Of a stretch of DNA of 64,000 nt, positions 38,083 to 51,224 are shown piece by piece; position 1 is the first letter of the stretch; every line of letters begins with the position of its first letter. The translations under genes and the position numbers were made by a program. Source of the DNA: Chiloscyllium plagiosum (taxonomy: Eukaryota). Where the stretch lies: the NCBI RefSeq assembly GCF_004010195.1, contig NC_057752.1, positions 9,631,350-9,695,349 of the forward strand. Direction: 5' to 3'. A model generated the notes under the pieces. It was not told where the DNA came from. It was given only the letters and a program-made list of their open reading frames with translations, and ran no database searches.

Positions 38083-38575
38083 TATGAAACTTGAAAGGTG
38101 CATTAAAGATTTACAAGGATGTTGCCAGGGTGGGAGGGTTTGAGCTACAGGACTGTTGAATAGGCTGGGGCTGTTTTCCCTGGAGTGTCGGGGGCTGAGG
38201 GGTGTCCTTATAGAGGTTTATAAAATCATGAGGGGCATGGATAGGGTAAATAGACAAAGTCTTTTCCCTGGGGTAGGGGAGTCCAAAACTGCAGGGCATA
38301 GGTTTAGGGTGAGAGGGGAAAGATATAAAAGAGACCTAAGGGGTAACTTTTTCACACAGAGGGTGGTGTATGTACAGAATGAGCTGCCAGAGGAAGTAGT
38401 GGAGGCTGGTACAATTACAACATTTAAAAGGCATCTGGATGGGTATATGAATAGGAAGGGTTTCGAGGGGTATAGGCCACGTGCTGGCAAATGGGACTAG
38501 ATTAATTTAGGATATCTGGTCAGCATGGACAAGTTGGACCGAAGGCTCTGTTTCTGTGCTGTACAACTCTATAAC
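38083..38575 (+). mobile_element. CR1 LINE 3' fragment
   Basis: ORF 38156..38500 (LGLFSLE.R.LRG...RGNFFTQRVV). Confidence 0.92.
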
Positions 38576-38815
38576 TAATCACTAGACTCTGCAAATTATC
38601 AGAAAGGCTTTTGATTTGACATATGGAAAGGAATTCATAAAACTAGTACCCTTTTAACAAAGTGGCCAATTAAAAGGGAGCTGGGTCCAGTGACTCAGAG
38701 GGGAGATGTTTTAGCTGCTTACTACTGAGCCATTCAAACCTGAAAAGCTACAGTCTTAATGTACATTGTCAGAGCTCCTTGGAGTTCAGTTGCCATTTGC
38801 ACTGAGTTGGTTGCT

Positions 38816-38870
38816 GTTGTGGTTCTGTTCGCCGAGCTGGGAATTTGTGCTGCAGACATTTCGTCCCCTT
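38816..38870 (-). mobile_element. 55-bp Penelope 3'-terminal fragment
   Basis: Near-exact reverse complement of about 638-692. 11-bp TSD AGTTGGTTGCT at 38805-38815 and 38871-38881. Confidence 0.8.
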
Positions 38871-39410
38871 AGTTGGTTGCTTTTAGCTAGGGCAGCGATT
38901 TGGTCACTGTAATATTCTAGTACACCAGATTCGGATCGTGGTGGGGGAAATGTCTTTATTCCTGAGCACCACCCAGTGACCAATGACTGGGAAATGCTAC
39001 AATGAGTGGGATGTCAGAAGAGAGCAGAATGAGAGTTCACTGAAGTGCTCTGCACAGGTAAATGCCCAACACTCATAGTCAGCAGTCACACATGAAGAAT
39101 AGTCCAAGGTACCAAAGAGCAGTTGCGTCCTATACAGCCTTCCCACAACATAAATTCAGACCTTCCACGAGCCAAGAGTTAAAGAGGCTCATGGCCCTTT
39201 TCCTCCTACTGTAGGAAGCTGTCGGAGAAAAACTTTCATAATCGAGAGATCAGTAGTCAAATTTCGTTATTGGGCTTCAAAAGACAATAACAGAGGGAAT
39301 GCATTCAGTAAAATGTGAGGCTTCATTTCACTGAGAATTGAGCTCATACAAATCCACAACAGTGAATGCTGCCTCAGAGCCAAGTTATGTATTGTACAAG
39401 GTTTAATTAC

Positions 39411-39617
39411 CCATGAAATATGATGAGGTGTACGGCATCACTACAACTGAGGCCGGATCATGAGTAAATTCCTTGAGTGGAATGTTGAATGTGATAGAGT
39501 TTTCCAAAGAGTGATCACCGTCGCAGTCAAAGAGGGGATTGATAGAGATGTCTTGGTTCGCCGGCATTTTCGGTTCCTCCATCTTTGACTCGATGCCACC
39601 GGAGCTCCGCCTGGACT
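39411..39617 (-). CDS. BAZ2A: BAZ2A linker exon (ESRRSSGGIESK...SSYFM), 207 nt, phase 1-1
   Basis: Acceptor tgtctcttacag, donor G|GTAATT, open frame, phase fits neighbours. No recognisable domain, so support is structural only. Confidence 0.65.
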
Positions 39618-40019
39618 CTGTAAGAGACACAAACCTTCTCTAATTCTGTAGCATCCCATTTCTTTTAGTAACACACAGCATTAGACGCAAGTCATGGGCT
39701 GGCCTGGATGACACCTCACTTTGGGGAGAAGGGAAAAACCAAACCTTTCAAATAGTTCTCTTTAATTTAGGAAATTGAAAGGGTTCAAGGCAACTTACAG
39801 CACTGAAAAACAAAATCGCTTTACATGAAGTATTACCTTACAAATACTTAACACTGCCACTACTTTAACGGAGTGTTAATTTGATTAAAATAAGCATATT
39901 GCAAGCCGCTGTTAGTGTGACCTGCTTGTATCCCCCCAAGAGGGACGTGCACGTTTTGCCTCTTCTGTTCAATTAAAAACAGTATATTTCTTTTCAGCAT
40001 TTTTATTTCTTAACACCAT

Positions 40020-41230
40020 AAGAAATAGGTACAGGAGTCGGCACTCCATTGGTCACAGGCCTCCAGTCTGAAAAGCAACCCTCCACCACCACCCTCTGTC
40101 TTCTACCTTGGAGCCAGCTCTGTATCCAAATGGCTAGTTCTCCCTGTATTCCATGAGAGTTTGGCCCCTCGGACTTGCTGCACCATTCACCGGATCATGG
40201 CTGATCTGACATTCCTCACACCATTTTCCTGCCCCTTCCCTCGATTCCCTGACTGATCAAGATTCTATCTATCTCAGCCTTAAATGTACACAAGGGCTCT
40301 GCCTCCATAGCTGTCTGCAGCAAGGAGTTCAAAAGGCAGTCAACCCTCTGAGGAGAAATTCCTTCTCATCTCAGCCTTAAATCGGTGCCCCTTTGCTCTG
40401 AGAGTATACCTTGTAATCCTAGATCCTCCCATGAGGGGAAACATCCTTTCAGCATTTACCCTTAGGAATCCTGTATGCTTCAAAGAGATCACATCTCATT
40501 CTTCTAAACTCCAGTGAGTAGAGTCCCAACCTGTTTAACCTTTACTCATAGGATAATCCCTCCATCTCAGGGATCTTCCTAGTGAACCTTCTCTGAACTG
40601 CTCTCAATGAAATGATATCTTTCCTTCAATAAGTGAAACAAAAGTGCTCACAGTGCTCCAGATGTGGTCTCACCAGCACCTTGTGCAGTTGCAGTAAGAT
40701 TGCTCTACTCTTATACCCCAACCCCCTTGAAATAAGGGCTGACGTTCACAGAGCCTTCCTGAGTATGTGCTACTAGCTTTCTGTGTTATGTACACCACTA
40801 ACCCCAAGTACCTTTATGTAGCAACTTTCTGCAGTTTTTCTTCATTTAAACAATGTTCTTTAGTTTGTCCCTTCCGAAACGAACAACTTCACATTTTCCC
40901 ACATTATACTGCATCTGCCAACCTTTTGCCCACTTACTTAATCTATCTCTGTAAACGGTTGTGTTCGTCTTGCAACCTGCCTCTCCACCCATTTTTGTGT
41001 CATCTGCAAATCTGGCTACAGTACACTTGCTTCCCTCCTCCAAGTCATTCATACATATTGTAAACAGTTGTGCTCCCAGCACTGATCTCTGTGGAACCCC
41101 AATGATTATAGGTTATCCACCTCAATAAGAACCGCTTATCCCCACTTGCTGTTTCCTGCCCATTGACCAATTCTCTATCCATGCCAATATACTGCCTCTG
41201 ACACCATGGGCTCTTATCTTATGACTCCTC
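40020..41230 (-). mobile_element. CR1 LINE fragment (RT to 3' end)
   Basis: ORF 40846..41082 LGAQLFTICMNDL...FADDTK...YNVGKCEV. Confidence 0.85.
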
Positions 41231-42237
41231 AATGTTTTCCCAACATCAGCTACTCTCCAACCGCAGCCTTGAAGACACCGATTCTCACTCAAGTATTGGT
41301 TCATGGATAGAAACCACAGCAAAAAGCAGGCATTCGGGCTCACCATAGCTCTTCAACTGGTGCTTTCTACTCCAAATCTGGTTTCCTTGACCTATCCCCA
41401 CAGCTTCCTTTTCAAATATTGATCCAAATGCCTTTAAAATTATATTAGGGTGTGCGGTACTTCTATTAATCCTTAGGATCATTAGAAAATGAGCAAAGTT
41501 AGAAGACTTTTGCTACGTAGAGGGTTACCAGAACATGGAATGGTTTGCTACAAATGATGGCTCTAAATCCGGCCTTCCCAGTTTAATCCCAGTAAACCTA
41601 AAACTAATCATTTTATGGCTTATCCAGTTCTTATCCTTTCCCTTGATTCCCTGACTGATCAAGATTCTATCTCAGCCTTAAATATAAACAAGGGCTCTGC
41701 CCCCATAGCTCTCTGTGCAAGGGGTTCTAAAGGCAGTCCTTCTTTTCTGATTGGGACTGGAACGTACACCATCCTCAAATCCCTTGGTACAACTCATGTT
41801 TAGAAATGGCTTTGGAAGCTTGTGCTTCAATACCTCCTCCCTGATTTCCCTTCAGCTGGGTGACGGACTTTCCAGTTTTTAGTCCCATTTGTTTATGGTA
41901 TGTTGCTTTCATCGTTCAGATACAAGGATGAAGAGCATTGTTCAAATAAGTACTTTAACGCCTTCAGAAAGAGAGATGGTTGGGAGATTGAGGGTAAAGC
42001 TGTCCTTTCTGTTTTACAGGTGCTGATGAATCTTGTGGGGTATCTCCAGCAAACCCAGCTCGATGTTTATCAGACATGGGTGCAGTAGGCTAGTGCACTG
42101 CATGCAAAGACCAAAGTATCAAACCATTCATTTTTGTATATCCTGCCTGCTCCCTTTCCTTGCACAGTGCTCAAAATGAAGTCTGTGGCAAGAGCAGCCA
42201 TTGATTGCAAAGGATGCCTGTCATATACCAGGCTGGA

Positions 42238-42407
42238 CAGAGGTGGGTACTGCAGATGCTGGAGGTTAGAGTGGTGCTGGAAATGCAAGCAGGTCAGGCA
42301 GCATCCGAGGAGCAGGAAAATTGACGTTTCGGGCAAAAGCCCTTCATCAGGAATGAGCAAATTCCTGATGAAGGGCTTTTGCCCAAAAGATTTGATTTTC
42401 TTGCTCC
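42238..42407. mobile_element. Short Penelope terminal-repeat insertion with two opposed hammerhead motifs
   Basis: 17-bp TSD TCATATACC(A/T)GGCTGGA at 42221-42237 and 42408-42424; inverted repeat centred at about 42357. Confidence 0.82.
42319..42354 (-). ncRNA. Minimal type I hammerhead ribozyme motif with intact core
   Basis: AUUC-CUGAUGA-A-GGGC/UUUU/GCCC-GAAA-CG-UC-AAUU; stem I is weak. Confidence 0.65.
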
Positions 42408-45064
42408 TCATATACCTGGCTGGAGTCTTACAATTCCTCCTGAACCATGAAGGACATTTTGAGAACACAAAAGGGCATAACTGTCTTTTGAATTTTCTCC
42501 TTAAAATACTTTCTCCTTTCAGCAAAAACAGTCATGTCTGTTAATAACAGAACATGGAGTATTGCTGAGTATAATGCTTTTAATTAATATGTACTTCCTC
42601 CTATGTTAGAGTGTTCATTTATTTATTTCATCTCGTGACATTGCTCACCGCTAGGGCTGTGAGCTCAGTGCAGATGCTTGTTTACAAAACCTCCAAACTT
42701 ATGTTCACTACCATCTCGAAGGGTAAGAGCAGTAGATAGACCACCAAGCCAATCACATCTTGACTTGGAAATATATCGCCATTCCTCCAATGTCATTGGA
42801 TCAAAATCCTGGAACTCTCTTCCTCACACCATTGATGGTGTACCCACACCAAAAGGACTGCGGTGTTTCAAGACGACAGGTTACTACCACCTAGGAGTTA
42901 CTCCAGCATTTCTTATGTTTGTTTCTTGAACTGGCTTGTAACTTTCAGGATTCAGATCAATGGCTGGTGTTCCTGCTCTTGTTGAGTGCTTTGCATCCAT
43001 AACAAGGTGGCACCTATAACAAATACGGCAATTGTGGTGTGACAGTTAGATGCTTGCTGCAAGAATGTTGTCTTTGCCATTCTATTTGTATGAAATTTGA
43101 GTCAAAGAAATGCACACATGATATAGAAATGGATATTTTGACACTTGAAATGTGATGGACAATCACACACTGCACAAACTATTTTGACGAAGGCGATGAC
43201 ATGCTGTTTTATAAGGTGAAGAGAATTACACCTTGCAACGTGTAATATATTATTTTGCTAAATTGGAGCGGTATCCTGTTAAGGCCACAAAGTTTAATTC
43301 CTGTTCAGTAAGCAGGGTGAGGTCATATGGAGTTAAATTGCTTGGTGAGGGAAGTGTAACGATTGAGAGTTTTCACTTGCTGCTCAGAAGCTATGTGTGG
43401 TTTGAGTCTGTAACAAGTGACGTCTGCTTGTGTAAGCAAACCTACCATTCACATGAATTAATACAGATACAATATTTGGCATGTTACTGAGTATAACATC
43501 CCTGTGTTCATTATATATCCCCATTTTCTTATTATATATATTCACACACATGAACTTTCCTGTTCCATCTTCCAATCACCAATTCTTTCTTGAACATATT
43601 CATGGATATCCCTGAACTTCAGTATCTTCTCTTTGGACCCAGGCCCAGCCCACCCACTTGCAACTCAACTTAAGCAATGCATGCTGGGAAGTACGTATGT
43701 ATACTGTAGAAAATCTCAGTCTCTTGGCTTGCTGTCTTTTGTTTCAGCACGAGCAACAACATGGGAAAAAGAATGCTCCCAGACCACCCACACACACCAA
43801 GTGTTCCTGGATCTTATATTCACATTGCCAACAGGTCGGTTATTTCATGGTGTTCACTCACCAATGCAGTATGTTTTAAATGTGCATTCATTCGTTATCA
43901 TTTCATATGTTGCTGCCATTTCCCTTTTAAAAAATGAACATTGTCATCAAAATGGGTTGCAGTAAGAGTCCTTGGCCAAATCATCTTTAGTTGTTTCAAT
44001 GGTGAGTATCCCTCCAGAATAAGGACAGGTGTGGAGCTGAAAATTCCAGTCTTCAACTCCATTTTCCAACTCCACTAACAGAACACTTCACACCAGCCTG
44101 CAGTAGAATGTGGAAACCATCTAGGTCTAGGCTGACAAACGAGCTTTCCCTTCACTTTTCCTTTTAAAAGTGACACGGAAATTTGTCAGTCAGTACGACT
44201 TGTCAATAATTAAGAACAGGACTGAAATCAGACTCGTACTGGCAATCACCTTGCACTAATCAGGGCAAGTTAAAAGCTGTTCTGTTTTACAAGGATAAGA
44301 TGATTAGACCAGGTGAAAACAGTATGCCATTTCTCACCAAATCTCAGCGAATTGAAACATTGGGTGAAGTCTTGTTGAGGTATCAGGAGTCTCACCTGCC
44401 AGCTGTCCAGTTGGCAAGATACCCGCACTGCCTCCTTTTGAGAAGGTCCACACAGGGCAACTCCTCCCAGCCCTTCCTCCCCCTCGCCCTTTTAGCCAAC
44501 TGGTTCTATATTGTAGCTTGTAGCTCCTGCTCAATACATTATAGCATGGGCCACCGTCAATTGGCAAGCTCAATTGGACATTAATTTGTTTCTTAAATAT
44601 GGTGGCCGGGCTGCTCATTTCAGTGCCCACCGGCCTGTCGGATTGTGGGAGTGCACTTGGTGATGGGCAGTGGCCACCTGTAATATCTTATGTGCCCCAC
44701 CCCAGGTCAAAAACACCCTGGCGGAGGGCCTGAAGCTACAGCCCTGTCCTTTTCTTTGAAGTTTAACACAGACTGAGTACAAAACCGGAAGTCCCAATTT
44801 TCAGAGGAGTGAAACATTTGTGAAGCATTTAAACTTTCAGAATTCAACTCTCGACATGCTAATGAAAGAAAAGTAATATGTTAGATCATCACAAAATCCC
44901 ATTTTCTGTCTTAGTTTACAATTTCTGTTCTCCATAGATATGTATATTCATGAAGAGTAATTATTCTTGAGTTCCAATTTAAATGTAAGCACAGAGGATT
45001 TTACATCATTTATTTGTTCATGGAATGTGGGTATTACTGGCTAGAACAGTATTTATTGCTCGTA

Positions 45065-45690
45065 TGAACGGTAGGACTCTGGAAGTTACTGAAGATCAGA
45101 GGGACCTTGGTATGCATATCCAGCAATCCCTGAAGTTGGCAGGGCAGATTGATAAGGCGGTTAAGAAGGCAGAAGTGATACCTGCCTTTATTAGCCAAGG
45201 CATGGGATACACGAACAGGGAGGTTATGCTGAAACTGCACAAAACCCTCCAGCCAACTGCAGCACTGTGTGTAGTTGGTCACCACACTACAGGAAGGATG
45301 TTATTGCACTAAGGTGGGTGCAGAAGACATTTGCCAGAATGCTGCCTGGGCTGGATGGTCTAAGCAAGGAGGAAAGATTGGATAGGCTGGGATTGTTTTC
45401 CTTGGAACAGTGAACATTGGGAGGGGGCCTGATAGAGGTGTATAAGACTATGAGGGCATACATAGGGTGAATAGGAAGGCACTTTTCCCAGTCGTAAAGT
45501 GGTCAGTAACCAAGGGGCATAGATTCAAAGTAAAAGGTAGAAGGCGAAGAGCGGAGATGAGGAGAAATATTTTCACTCAGAGGGTGGTGGAACTCACAGT
45601 TTGAAAGGGGAGTGGAGTCAGGAATTCTCGTAACATTTAAGCAGTATGGAAATATTCACTTGTATTGCCATACCCTCCAAGGCCATGGGT
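45065..45690 (+). mobile_element. CR1 LINE 3' fragment
   Basis: QRDLGMHI..SLK.A.QIDKAVKKA...FIS pattern. Confidence 0.8.
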
Positions 45691-46489
45691 CAAAAGGCCG
45701 CCTCCTGCACTGTACACATCTACGAGTTATAAACTGGTCGAGCACAAAGCACCACATATTGTCCTGCCTGTCATCCTTGCCCCTGCCCACACTACTTAGC
45801 ATAACATGGCTGCCCTGAGTGCATTCTTGAAGTTGTACTGCACACACAGAGTGAGACATTCACTTGGAAAACTGGAATTCACTATCTAGGTGAGTACTAG
45901 AATCCTAAAAATAACACACACTCTGGAAATACTCATTGAGGTCCCCAGCCATGCAGAGAAGGGACAGGACTATTTGAGATCACATCATTGGAACCATTTC
46001 TAAGTTGCAATGGATAATTTCATGCATACATTATATTTTATTCAAATTCTAACTTGTCTGGAACTGAATGAAAAAAGGATATCTACTGAAAGGCAGTATA
46101 GAAAATCTTCTGAGCAATCTGATTAATGGGTTTTGCAAATTGAGGATTGGCAACAAAACTGAGTGGCTTAAAACAGGATTGCTGAAATATGCATCAAACA
46201 GTGCACTTTTTTAAAAAGGGATATATTGCCCTTTGCCCAATGGTCACTTGTGAAGTGTGACAGACATTTCTGAGCATGTTAGCCTGCAGAATATTTTGAA
46301 CTCTCCCAACAGAATTTCCACTGTGCCATTCACAGTGGGGTGAAGATTATGCCATAAGGAGCTGAGCATGAAATGTATTACTCTGCTCCAAAAATGCAGT
46401 GATGTGTGACTTAGTACACCCCAACAAGTTATATAAAAAAATAATTTCTGTTCCATCGCAACTAAAGGAAGATTGCATTTAGACATCAG

Positions 46490-49400
46490 TCATAGAGTTG
46501 TATAGCCTTTGGTCCAACTCATCCATGCCAACCAGATATCCTAAATTAATCTAGCCCCATTTGCCAGCATTTGGCCCACATCCCTCCAAACCTTTCCTAT
46601 TCATATATCTATCCAGATGCCTTTTAAATGTTGTAATTGTACCAGCCTCCACCACTTCCTCTGGCAGCTCATTCTATACACACACACACACCACCCTCTG
46701 TGTGAAAAAGTTGCCCGTCAGCTCCCTTTTAAATCTTTCCCCTCTCACCCTAAACGTATGCCCTGTAGTTTTGGACTCCACTACCCTAGGGAAGAGACCT
46801 TGGCTATTCACCCTATCCATGCCCCTCATGATTTTATAAACCTCTATAAGGTCACCCCTCAGCCTCCGACACTCCAGGGAAAACAGCCCCAGCCTATTCA
46901 GCCTCTCCCTATAGCTCCAATCCTCCAACCCTGGCAACATCCTTGTAAATCTTTTCTGAACCCTTTCAAGTTTCACAACATCCTTCCTATAGGAGGGAGA
47001 CTAGAACTGGATTCTGTATTCCAAAAGTGGCCTAACCAAAGTCCTGTACAGCCACAACATGACCTCCCAACTCCTATACTCAATACTCTGACCACTAAAG
47101 GCAAGTGTACCAAACGCCTTCTTCACTATCCTATCTATCTGTGACTCCATCCTCAAGGAGCTATGAACCCGCATCCTAAGGTCTCTTTGTTTGGTTACCC
47201 CCTCCCCCAAACCCTACCATTAAGTGTATAAGTCCTGCCATGATTTGCCTTTCCAAAATGCAGCACCTCACATTTATCTAAATTAACCTCCATCTGCCAC
47301 TCCTCAGCCTGTTGGCTCATCTGATAAAGATCCCATTGTACTCTGAGGTAACCTTCTTCGCTGTCCACTACACCTCCAATTTTGGTGTCATCTGCAAACT
47401 CACTAATTATACCTCCTATGTTCATATCCGGATCATTTATATAAATGATGAACAGCAGTGGACCCAGCATTGATCCTTGCGGCACTCCACTGGTCACAGG
47501 CCTTCAGTCTGAAAAATAAACCCTCCACCATCACCCTCTGTCTCCTACCTTCAAGCCAATTTTGTATCCAAATGGCTAGTTCTCCCTGTATTCCATGTGA
47601 TTTCACCTTGCTAACCAGTCTACCACGTGGACCCTTGTTGAACACCTTACTGAAGTCCAAATAGATCATGTCCACCGCTCTGCCTTCAATCTTTTTTTGT
47701 CACTTTCTCAAAAGACTCAATCAAATTCGCAAGACATGATTTCCCACCCACAAAGCCATATTGACTATTCCTAAGCAGTCCTTACCTCTCCAAGGACATG
47801 TAAATCCTGTCCCTCAGGATTTCCTCCAACAACTTGCCCACTACCGACGTCAGGCTTACCAGTCTATAGTTCCCTGGCTTTTCATTACTACCTTTCTTAA
47901 ACAGTGGCACCACGTTAGCCACCCTCCAGTCTTCCAGCACTTCACCTGTGACTATCAATGATACAAATATCCAGCAATCACTTCCCTAGCTTCCCACAGA
48001 GTTCGAGGGTACACCTGATCAGGTCCCAAGGATTTGTCACCTTTATCCCAGTACCTCCTCCTCTGTAATATGCACACTTTTTAAGATAATACTATTTATT
48101 TCTCCAAGTCCTCTCGCTTCCACATCCTTCTCTACAGTAAACACGGAGATGACATTCTCATTTAGTATTGCACCCATCTCCTGTGGTTCCACACATAGGC
48201 TGCATTGCTGATCTTTGAGGGGCCCTATTCTCTCCCTAGTTACCCTTTTGCCCTTAATGTATTTGTAGAATCTCTTTGGAGTCTCCTTAGCCCTATTTGC
48301 CAAAGCTATCTCATGTCCCCTTTTTGCCCTCCTGATTATACTCCAACTACCCTAATACCCCTCTAGAGATTCACTCGATCCCAGCTGTCTCTACCTACCT
48401 TTTTTTTCTTAACCAAAACCTCAATTTCTCTAGTCATCCAGCATTCGCAACACCTACCAGCCTTTCCCTTCACACTAATGGAACATACTGTCTCTGGATT
48501 CTCGTTATCTCATTTTAAAGACCTCCCACTTTCCAACTACCCCTTTACCTGTGAATAGCCCCTCTCAATCAACTTTTGAACGTTTCTGTTTAATACCATC
48601 AAAATTGACCTTACTCCAATTTAGAAATTCAACTTTTAGATCTGGTCTATCCTTTTCTATCACTATTTTAAAACTAATAGGATTATGATCACTGGCCCCA
48701 AAGTGCTCCTCCACTGACACCTCAGTCACCTGCCCTGCCTTATTTCCCAAGAGTAGATCAAGTTTTGCACCTTCTCTAGTAGGTACATCCACATACTGAA
48801 TCAGAAAATTGTCTTGTACACAATTAACAAATTCCTCTCCATCCAAGCCCTTAACACTATGGCAGTCCGAGTCTGTTTGGAAAATTAAAATCCCCTACCA
48901 TTACAACTCTATTATTCTTACAGATATCTGAGATCTCCTTAAAAATTTGCTTCTCAATTTCCTGTTGACTATTGGGGGGGCCTATAGTACAATCCCAATA
49001 AGGTGATCACTCTTTCTCATTTCTCAGTTCCACCCAAGTAACTTCAGAGGACATACACCCTGGAATATTCTCCCCTAAGTACAGCTGTAATGTTATCCCT
49101 AACCAAAAATGCCACTCCCGCCACCCCTGTCCCCCTATCTATCCTTCCTATAGCATCTATACCCTGGAACATTAAGCTGCCAGTCCTGCCCATCCCTGAG
49201 CCACAGGTCTGTGAAAGTCGTGATATCCCAGTCTTATATTCCCAACCATGCCCTGAGTTCATCTGCCTTACCCATCAGGCCTCTTGCATTGAAATAAATG
49301 CAGTTTAATTTATCAATCTTACCTTGTTCTCTGCCTTGCTCTTGCCTACCTTGATTATTTAACTTGCTCCTCTTCTCAACTGTACCAGTCTCAGACTGAT

Positions 49401-49985
49401 CTCTTTTCTCACTACTTCTTTGGGTCCCAGTGCCACCTCCCGCCCCCCTCAAACACACACACCCAATCTTACTGGTTTAAAGCCTCCTGAGTAGCACTGG
49501 CAAATCTCCCTGCCAGGATATTGATCCCCTTCCAATTCAGGTGCAGCCTGTCCTTATACAGATCACTTCTACCCGAGAAGAGATTCCAATGATCCAAGAA
49601 TGCCTGCCCCCTGCACCAGCTCCTCAGCCACACATTCATCTGCTCTATCCTCCTATTCCTACCCTTACTCGCTCATAGCACCGGGAGTAATCCAGATATT
49701 ACTATCCTGGAGGAACCTACTTTTTAACCTCCTACCTAGTCTCCTTTATTCTCCCTTCAGAACCTCATTCCCTTCCCTTTCTATGTCATTGGCACCAACA
49801 TGACCGCCTGCTGGTCCCTCTCCCCTCTGAGAATATTCTGCACCCTCTCCGAGACATCCTTGACCCTGGCACCGAGGAGGCAACCCACCATTCTGATGTC
49901 TTGCTGTTGGCTGCAGAAATGTCTGTGCCACTAACTAGAGAGGCCCCTATCACAATCGATCACTTGGAACCTGACGTACCCGTCA
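46490..49985 (-). mobile_element. Large degenerate CR1-clade LINE (SGNH-esterase ORF1 remnant, APE endonuclease, RT, 3' UTR)
   Basis: ORF fragments: GARVKDVSERVQ/HVGANDI (ORF1 esterase); CIYFNARGL, PTREGAKLDLLL and SDHN (endonuclease); YLDFSKVF, SGVPQGS.LGP and FADDTK (RT); LERVQKRFTRM...RGNFF-type C-terminus. Many frameshifts. Confidence 0.93.
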
Positions 49986-50040
49986 TTACAGTACAGACAG
50001 ACTAAAACTCACTTTACTTCTTTAAAAAGGTGACAGTCAT

Positions 50041-50272
50041 TTGAATAATGTAAGAGACTTAAATATACACTCTGGTTAGTTGTAGGTTAGATTAGTAGTT
50101 AGTTGAGTTTTGTTTTATTTTCTTTCTCGGTATTTTTTCTTTTGTTAAATTTTGGCTATTGTATATTTAAGATTTAATTGTATATCAATGTTTGTACTTG
50201 AGAGTTTTGTTTATTTTTGTAAACTTGTAAAAATGTTAAATTTCTAATAAAAATATCTATTAAAAAAAAAAT
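50041..50272 (+). mobile_element. Polyadenylated retroposed fragment (L1/Tx1-type 3' end)
   Basis: T-rich 3' UTR-like sequence, AATAAA, A-tail, and TSD GGTGACAGTCAT at 50029-50040 and 50273-50284. Confidence 0.7.
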
Positions 50273-50517
50273 GGTGACAGTCATCTGCATGTCAGCTTTT
50301 AAGGACAAGTCTGAAATCATACACATACTGGAAAACCATCTCAGATCAGAGCAAGTTGAAGGATGGTCTGTTTTAAAATGTTAAATTTCTAATAAAAATA
50401 TCTATTAAAAAAAAAGGTGACAGTCATCTGCATGTCAGCTGTTAAGGACAAGTCTGAAATCATACACATACTGGAAAACCATCTCAGATCAGAGCAAGTT
50501 GAAGGATGGTCTGTTTT
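50230..50517. repeat. Near-perfect tandem duplication of about 145 bp
   Basis: 50230-50374 versus 50375-50517. Confidence 0.9.
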
Positions 50518-50909
50518 ACAAGGATAAGGAGATTATACCAGGTGAAAAACAGTAAATTATTTCTCTTGAAATGCCATTGTTGGGTTCATGTGGCACAGCA
50601 GTAATACCACTGTCAGGAAGCCCAGGTTCAAGTCCCATCTGCTCCAGTGATGTATAGTAACATCGCTGAACAAAGTGATATGAACCTACCCGAAATGTCA
50701 TTGCCCTCCAAAGATCGCACACGATCTCTGAGGATTTGCAGCCTCTGCAGTCTTTTGCTTTTGTAGCAGTATTCTTCAGCTGAAGCTCCTTTTGAGATCA
50801 TAAAACCTATGTTTGTTGTTAATTAAACACTGGCAAGGGGCACAAGGAGATCAACCAAGAGTCTACGGGTATTCGGAGGCTTGAACTTTGCTTTGGAGTT
50901 TTCATGGGA

Positions 50910-51224
50910 TCCTACAGCGCAAACACAGGCCATTCAGCTCATCGAGGCTGCACTGATTCTCTGAAGAGCACCCCACCCAGACCCAATCCCACCCCCCCGC
51001 CCTGATAATCCCGCATTTCCCATGGCTAATCCACCTAAACTACACGTCCCTGGACACTGCAAGGCAATTTAGCATGACCAATCCACCATAACCTGCAGAT
51101 CTTTGGACTGTGGGAGGAAACCGGAGCACCCAGAGGATACCCATGCAGACACGGGGAGAATGTGCAAACTCCACACAGACAGTTACCAGAGGGTGGAATC
51201 GAACGCTGGTCCCTGGTGCTGTGA
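50910..51224 (-). mobile_element. HE1-type V-SINE, 5'-truncated
   Basis: V-core and tail present; A-box part of the head missing. Confidence 0.8.
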
